From the NCBI GenBank assembly GCA_963783145.1, contig CAWAMM010000009.1:287717-351716 (forward strand): DNA of 64,000 nt, in the 5' to 3' direction. Positions 58,688-64,000 of this stretch are shown here, in pieces; position 1 is the stretch's first letter, and each line of letters begins with the position of its first letter. The notes beneath the pieces are model-generated. The model was not told the origin of the DNA. It did no database searches and saw nothing but the letters and a program-made list of their open reading frames with translations. The position numbers and the translations under genes are program-made. This DNA comes from an uncultured delta proteobacterium (GTDB lineage Bacteria > Desulfobacterota > Binatia > Binatales > Binataceae).

Positions 58688-59116
58688 ATGATGGAGTTGA
58701 GAATGCGCAAGGCGATACGAACCACAGCGATGATAACGTTGATGCTCGCTCTGGCGGGATGTACACATAATCCGATGCTGGGCAAGTGGACTATCGCGAG
58801 CCGCGACAAGGAGGCCGATGCTTCTTACCTCGATGAGCTTACCACTAATGTCAGAAAGTCAACCGGCGCGACTACTATCGAGTTCCTTAAGGATTCGATT
58901 GTGACCAGCGGTGGCCCGCAGGACCACACCATCACCGGGGTCACCTATATCATCACCGAACTGGAGGGCGGCGCCACCGACGTGCAAATCGTACAGGCGC
59001 GCAAGAGCGACCCGGATAACAATGATGTCGACGTTTGCCACATCGACAAGACCGGCAACACCGCGCAACTCGAATCGCGCACCGAGGTGCTGGGGCTTAC
59101 CCGCGCAGGGCAATGA
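58688..59116 (+). CDS. Small lipoprotein of unknown function
   Basis: MMELRMRKAIRTTAMITLMLALAGC lipobox. Confidence 0.5.
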   Translation: MMELRMRKAIRTTAMITLMLALAGCTHNPMLGKWTIASRDKEADASYLDELTTNVRKSTGATTIEFLKDSIVTSGGPQDHTITGVTYIITELEGGATDVQIVQARKSDPDNNDVDVCHIDKTGNTAQLESRTEVLGLTRAGQ

Positions 59117-59132
59117 TTATAGATAGCGCGAC

Positions 59133-60463
<1,331 letters not shown>

Positions 60464-60464
<1 letters not shown>

Positions 60465-62248
60465 CAGGCTTGCGCACCCACCGGGAGTTGCACGATGAAG
60501 CGGCTGCCGTGGCCGTTGTTGCTCTCGACGAAGATACGGCCGCCGTGCGCCTCGACGATGTCTTTCACGATTGCGAGCCCGAGTCCGGCCGAACCGGGCG
60601 CATAGCCATTGGCGCCGTACTGGGCGAAGCGTTCGAAGACGTGGTCGCGAATTTCCGGCGCGATCCCGGGGCCGCTATCCGCCACTTCGAGTTGCGCGAA
60701 ATCAATACCCGACGGCCCGGCCGCAACCTGGATGGTGCCGCCCTCGGGGGTGTAGCGCAGCGCGTTGCCGATGAGGTTGGAAATCACCCATGAGAGCTTG
60801 ACCGGGTCGCCCTCGATCTCGGGGAGTTTCGCGATTTGAGTCTCGATGTGAATTTTCTTCTCCTGCGCCTGGATGTCGAAGCGCGCGGCCACGTCGTTAA
60901 CAATCTTAGCAAGATCGAGCGAGACGCGTTGGACCGCGATGAGCGGAATTTGTCCGCGCGCCAGATTGAGCAGATTGTCGGCCATCTGCTTCATCCGCGA
61001 GGCCTCTTCGAGAATCGCGCGCAGCACGTCGCGCTGCTTGGGGGTCAGATTCTCTTCATCGCGGCGCAAAAGTTCCGCCAGCAGCGCGAGCGAGGTGAGT
61101 GGCGTGCGCAGCTCATGCGAGAGCGTCGCGACGAGATTGGTGCGCGCGCGATCCTGATCGCGCAGGTAGGTAACATCCTGCAGGATGAGCAGGGTGCCGA
61201 GCGCGCGACCCTCCTGGCGCAGCGGCACCGGCTTGAGCACATAAGAATGATCGCGGCCACGCACGTGCAGTTGCACCTCGACGCGCTGCAGGTCGGCCTC
61301 CGGCTTGCTCAGGTTGCGGATGGCGTCGCGCACCCGCAAGTAATGCGGATGGTTGCTGCTCAGGTCATCGAAGCTGCTGCCCAGCGCGTCGGCGGGCTCG
61401 ATGCCCATGATCAGCGCGGCGACCTCATTGATGTGCGCGACGATGCCGTCCGAATCGATCAGCACCACGCCGTCTTCGAGGCTTTCGATGATCGCCTCGG
61501 TCTTGCTCTTCTCGTAGACGATGCGCTCGACGTTCATCCGATCGTAATGCTCGAGGCGCTCCGCCATCTGGTTGAATTCGCGCGCAACCTCATCGAGTTC
61601 GGCCAGCGTCTGCGGGCCGAGGCGGACGTGGCTCTTGCGCTGGGTGATGCCGCGCAGCCGCTCCGCCAATTCGGTGAGTGGCCGCGACAGCGCCCATCCC
61701 ATCCAAATCGAAAGCGCAGCGCCGACCAGCAACAGGATCGCGAATCCGGCCGCCACCTCGTAGGTGAGATGCGTACCCAGCCTGGTGGCGCGGCTGTCGG
61801 CGCGGAACATCGCGGCCTTATTGAGCGCGATCAGATCGTCGATGCGCGCGTGGAGCTGATCGTATTCATTGTCGTGACGCTCGCCGGGCGGCGCGCTGGC
61901 GATCTCGTCGAAGAGCTTCTTACCGCGCGCCTCGATATCGTCGGCGATCTCGGGCTCGCCGACCTCGGTGATGTCGTGGCGCTCGATATCCATCCAATGC
62001 ATGAAGTCGGAGCGCGCGGCAGGTAGCGCGTCGCGGCCCTTGCCGTCGCGTTCGGCGCGTTCGAGTTTGCGCAGCGCCGCATGTTGATGCTGGCCGACCT
62101 CGATGCTGATGTAGTTGCGATAGAGGGTCTCGCGTATCGCGCCGCCGAGGCTGTTGAGACGCGGCAGGGCATAGGCGCCGAGGACAATCACCAGTGCGAG
62201 CAGCAGCAGGGTACCGTTACGGATTCGGCTGCGGAGCGAGGAAGTCAT
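60464..62248 (-). CDS. Membrane sensor histidine kinase (2TM-HAMP-PAS-HisKA-HATPase)
   Basis: H-box LSHELRTPLTSL; HAMP after TM2; PAS-like region; N/G boxes. Confidence 0.85.
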
Positions 62249-63408
62249 GGCTTGCTCTCCTCGAGAGCCTGGTCACCAACAATTTCAATGTCCAGGTCTT
62301 TACCGTTAGCGAGGAAGCGCTCGGTTACATTCTTGCCCAGCAGACGGCGCCAGAACGGCTGATGGGTTCGCCCGATAATGATTTTTTCCACCCCATGCTC
62401 GCGGGCGAAATCGAGCATCGCCTTGACTGGATCCGCGGACTTGAGCCAGACCGTCTCGGCGCCGAGCTCGCCGGCCAGATTGATGTTGTCGAGTAGCGCG
62501 ACGAAACTGCGGGTATCGATCTTGCGCACCGATTCCGCGGGGGTCTCGACGTGGACCGCGAACCAGTCTGCATTGAGCTGTCCCGCGATGCGCGCGGCCT
62601 TATGCAGCAGGCGTTTGCCGTCATCAGGATTCGATGAGAGCCCGACCATGACGCGTTCAAAGATTTGCCGGCGGCGTCCGCCTTCGCGCCGCCGGGACTC
62701 CTGCTCTTCGCGCTGGCGATTGATGCCGCGGGCGACCTCGCGCAGGGTCAGCTCGCGCAGCGAGGTCAGGTTGCTGGGCTTGAAAAAATTCTTGAGCGCC
62801 TGCTCGACCTGCGCTGCCGGATAAATTTTTCCCTCGCGCAGGCGTTCGCGAAGTTGCTCCACGGTCACATCGATGTTGACGATTTGATCGGCCTTGGCGA
62901 TGAAAGAATCGGGCACCACCTCGCGCACGTCGATGCCGGTGATGCGCCGCATCAGCGGGTTGAGCGTCTCGATGTGCTGGATGTTGATCGCGGTGATGAC
63001 GCTGATGCCGGCCGCGATCAGATCCTCGATGTCCTGGAAGCGCTTCTCGTGCCTGGAGCCGGGCACATTGGTGTGCGCCAGCTCGTCAACGATGGCGACC
63101 TCGGGCTTGCGCGCGATGATCGCGTCGACATCCATCTCGGTCTGGGTGGTATCGCGATACTCGATGGGGCGGCGCGCAATGACCTCGAGGTCGCCGACCT
63201 TGTCCATGGTCTCGGCGCGATTGTGCGTTTCGACGAGACCGATGACGACATCGATCCCCTTGGCGCGAAGCTGATGCGCCTCTTCCAGCATCTTGTACGT
63301 TTTCCCTACACCAGCCGCGGCGCCAATGTAGATCTTCAGCCGCCCTTTGAGCGGCTGCGCGACCAGATCAAGAAACGATTCAGGTTCGGGGCGCTGGTCA
63401 TCCTTCAT
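62245..63408 (-). CDS. kdpD: Stand-alone KdpD N-terminal sensor domain (KdpD-N + Usp) protein
   Basis: IYIGAAAGVGKTYKMLEEA...GIDVVIGLVETHNRAET...VDELAHTN pattern of the KdpD N-domain plus Usp; no TM/GAF/kinase portion. Confidence 0.8.
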   Translation of the reverse strand: MKDDQRPEPESFLDLVAQPLKGRLKIYIGAAAGVGKTYKMLEEAHQLRAKGIDVVIGLVETHNRAETMDKVGDLEVIARRPIEYRDTTQTEMDVDAIIARKPEVAIVDELAHTNVPGSRHEKRFQDIEDLIAAGISVITAINIQHIETLNPLMRRITGIDVREVVPDSFIAKADQIVNIDVTVEQLRERLREGKIYPAAQVEQALKNFFKPSNLTSLRELTLREVARGINRQREEQESRRREGGRRRQIFERVMVGLSSNPDDGKRLLHKAARIAGQLNADWFAVHVETPAESVRKIDTRSFVALLDNINLAGELGAETVWLKSADPVKAMLDFAREHGVEKIIIGRTHQPFWRRLLGKNVTERFLANGKDLDIEIVGDQALEESKP

Positions 63409-63435
63409 GCGATCTGTTCAACGCCCCGCAGCATA

Positions 63436-64000
63436 CTACTTTTCGGCCCTGGCTTGCGCTTTTTGCGGCGACAGTTTATCCAGCGCCAGGTTGACCGCGA
63501 GCACGTTGACGCCGGGCTCGCCGACTATACCCACATAGCGCGCGCGCGTGTTCTGCCGGATCAGCAACCGCACGTCATCCTCGCCGATACCGCGCGCCTT
63601 GGCCACCCGCGCGACCTGGATGTCGGCGGAGGCCGGGCTGATCTCGGGATCGAGGCCGCTGCCGGACGCGGTCACCAGGTCGATTGGCACCTGGCTCACA
63701 TCGATGCCGGGATTAGCTTCTACCACATCCTTGACGCGCTGCTGCACGGTGGAAATCAGGGTCTTGTTGGTGGGCCCAAGGTTGGAGCCGCTGGAGTTCG
63801 ACGCATCGTAGCCCTTGTCGCCGGCGGCCGACGGGCGGCTGTGAAAATATCCCGGCGCGGCGAAGGTCTGGCCGATCAGCTCGGAGCCGACCACCTTGCC
63901 GTCGCGCTCGATCAGGCTTCCCTGCGCCTGATGGGGGAACAGGGCGTTGGCGATTCCAGTCATTGCCAGCGGGTAGATTATCCCGGTCAGGATAGTCAGC
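63436..64000 (-). CDS. kdpC: Potassium-transporting ATPase subunit C, 5'-partial (N-terminus beyond window end)
   Basis: [26 protein letters not shown]...GYFHSRPSA...[10 protein letters not shown] matches the KdpC family; the ORF stays open to the window edge. Confidence 0.8.
   Translation of the reverse strand, partial: LTILTGIIYPLAMTGIANALFPHQAQGSLIERDGKVVGSELIGQTFAAPGYFHSRPSAAGDKGYDASNSSGSNLGPTNKTLISTVQQRVKDVVEANPGIDVSQVPIDLVTASGSGLDPEISPASADIQVARVAKARGIGEDDVRLLIRQNTRARYVGIVGEPGVNVLAVNLALDKLSPQKAQARAEK

Overview
This is a high-GC bacterial chromosomal window (~63-65% GC); phylum cannot be assigned from sequence alone. It reads as three blocks. **(1) 0-19.7 kb: metabolic core.** Amidohydrolases, a Rieske aromatic-ring dioxygenase alpha/beta pair with an MmsB-like dehydrogenase, a truncated haemoglobin, AmpG, a Rieske ferredoxin, an EVE-domain protein, NudC, a class II aldolase, a B12-binding radical-SAM protein, an LLM oxidoreductase, a GST, a DHA2 MFS transporter, glutamate decarboxylase, a methyltransferase, a DCC oxidoreductase and a DUF1990 protein. 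**(2) 19.96-23.9 kb: a low-GC genomic island at tRNA-Ser(CGA).** A 16-nt direct repeat of the tRNA 3' end bounds it. It carries a serine-recombinase C-terminal remnant and a translationally coupled three-gene operon of unknown function (small Cys-rich protein, a hypothetical, and a hypothetical with a C-terminal Zn ribbon). This is a candidate novel accessory or defence module. **(3) 24-43 kb: redox and envelope genes.** A tetrahaem cytochrome c with a NarI-like cytochrome b, an orphan Flp pilin gene (56 aa, missed by the ORF track), PAP2, P450, an LVIVD-type lipoprotein, SCO1 with a multicopper oxidase, an adenylate cyclase/AAA/TPR regulator, two paralogous lipoproteins sharing an undescribed 4-Cys domain around a beta-helix protein, ppa, a catalase-related protein, and LuxR- and LysR-type regulators. 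**(4) 43-57.6 kb: a mosaic defence/accessory island built on two dispersed repeat families.** It holds an RHS fragment and an hsdR-hsdS-hsdM type I R-M cassette flanked by 192-bp direct repeats, with hsdM carrying paired internal frameshifts. Next come a sensor-less HK, a REC-only RR and a DUF45 metallohydrolase bounded by inverted repeat copies. Then a DUF433/PIN-like pair, HigB/HigA, an orphan BrnA-like antitoxin plus a duplicated 3' fragment, and an HsdR_N/Mrr-like PD-(D/E)xK nuclease ORF followed by a P-loop NTPase ORF, apparently one gene split by a frameshift. This last is a candidate novel restriction/defence protein. **(5) 58-64 kb.** Two lipoproteins, a sigma-54 response regulator, a HAMP-PAS histidine kinase, a stand-alone KdpD N-terminal sensor protein and a partial kdpC. 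All functional calls rest on motif recognition by eye; no database search was possible.
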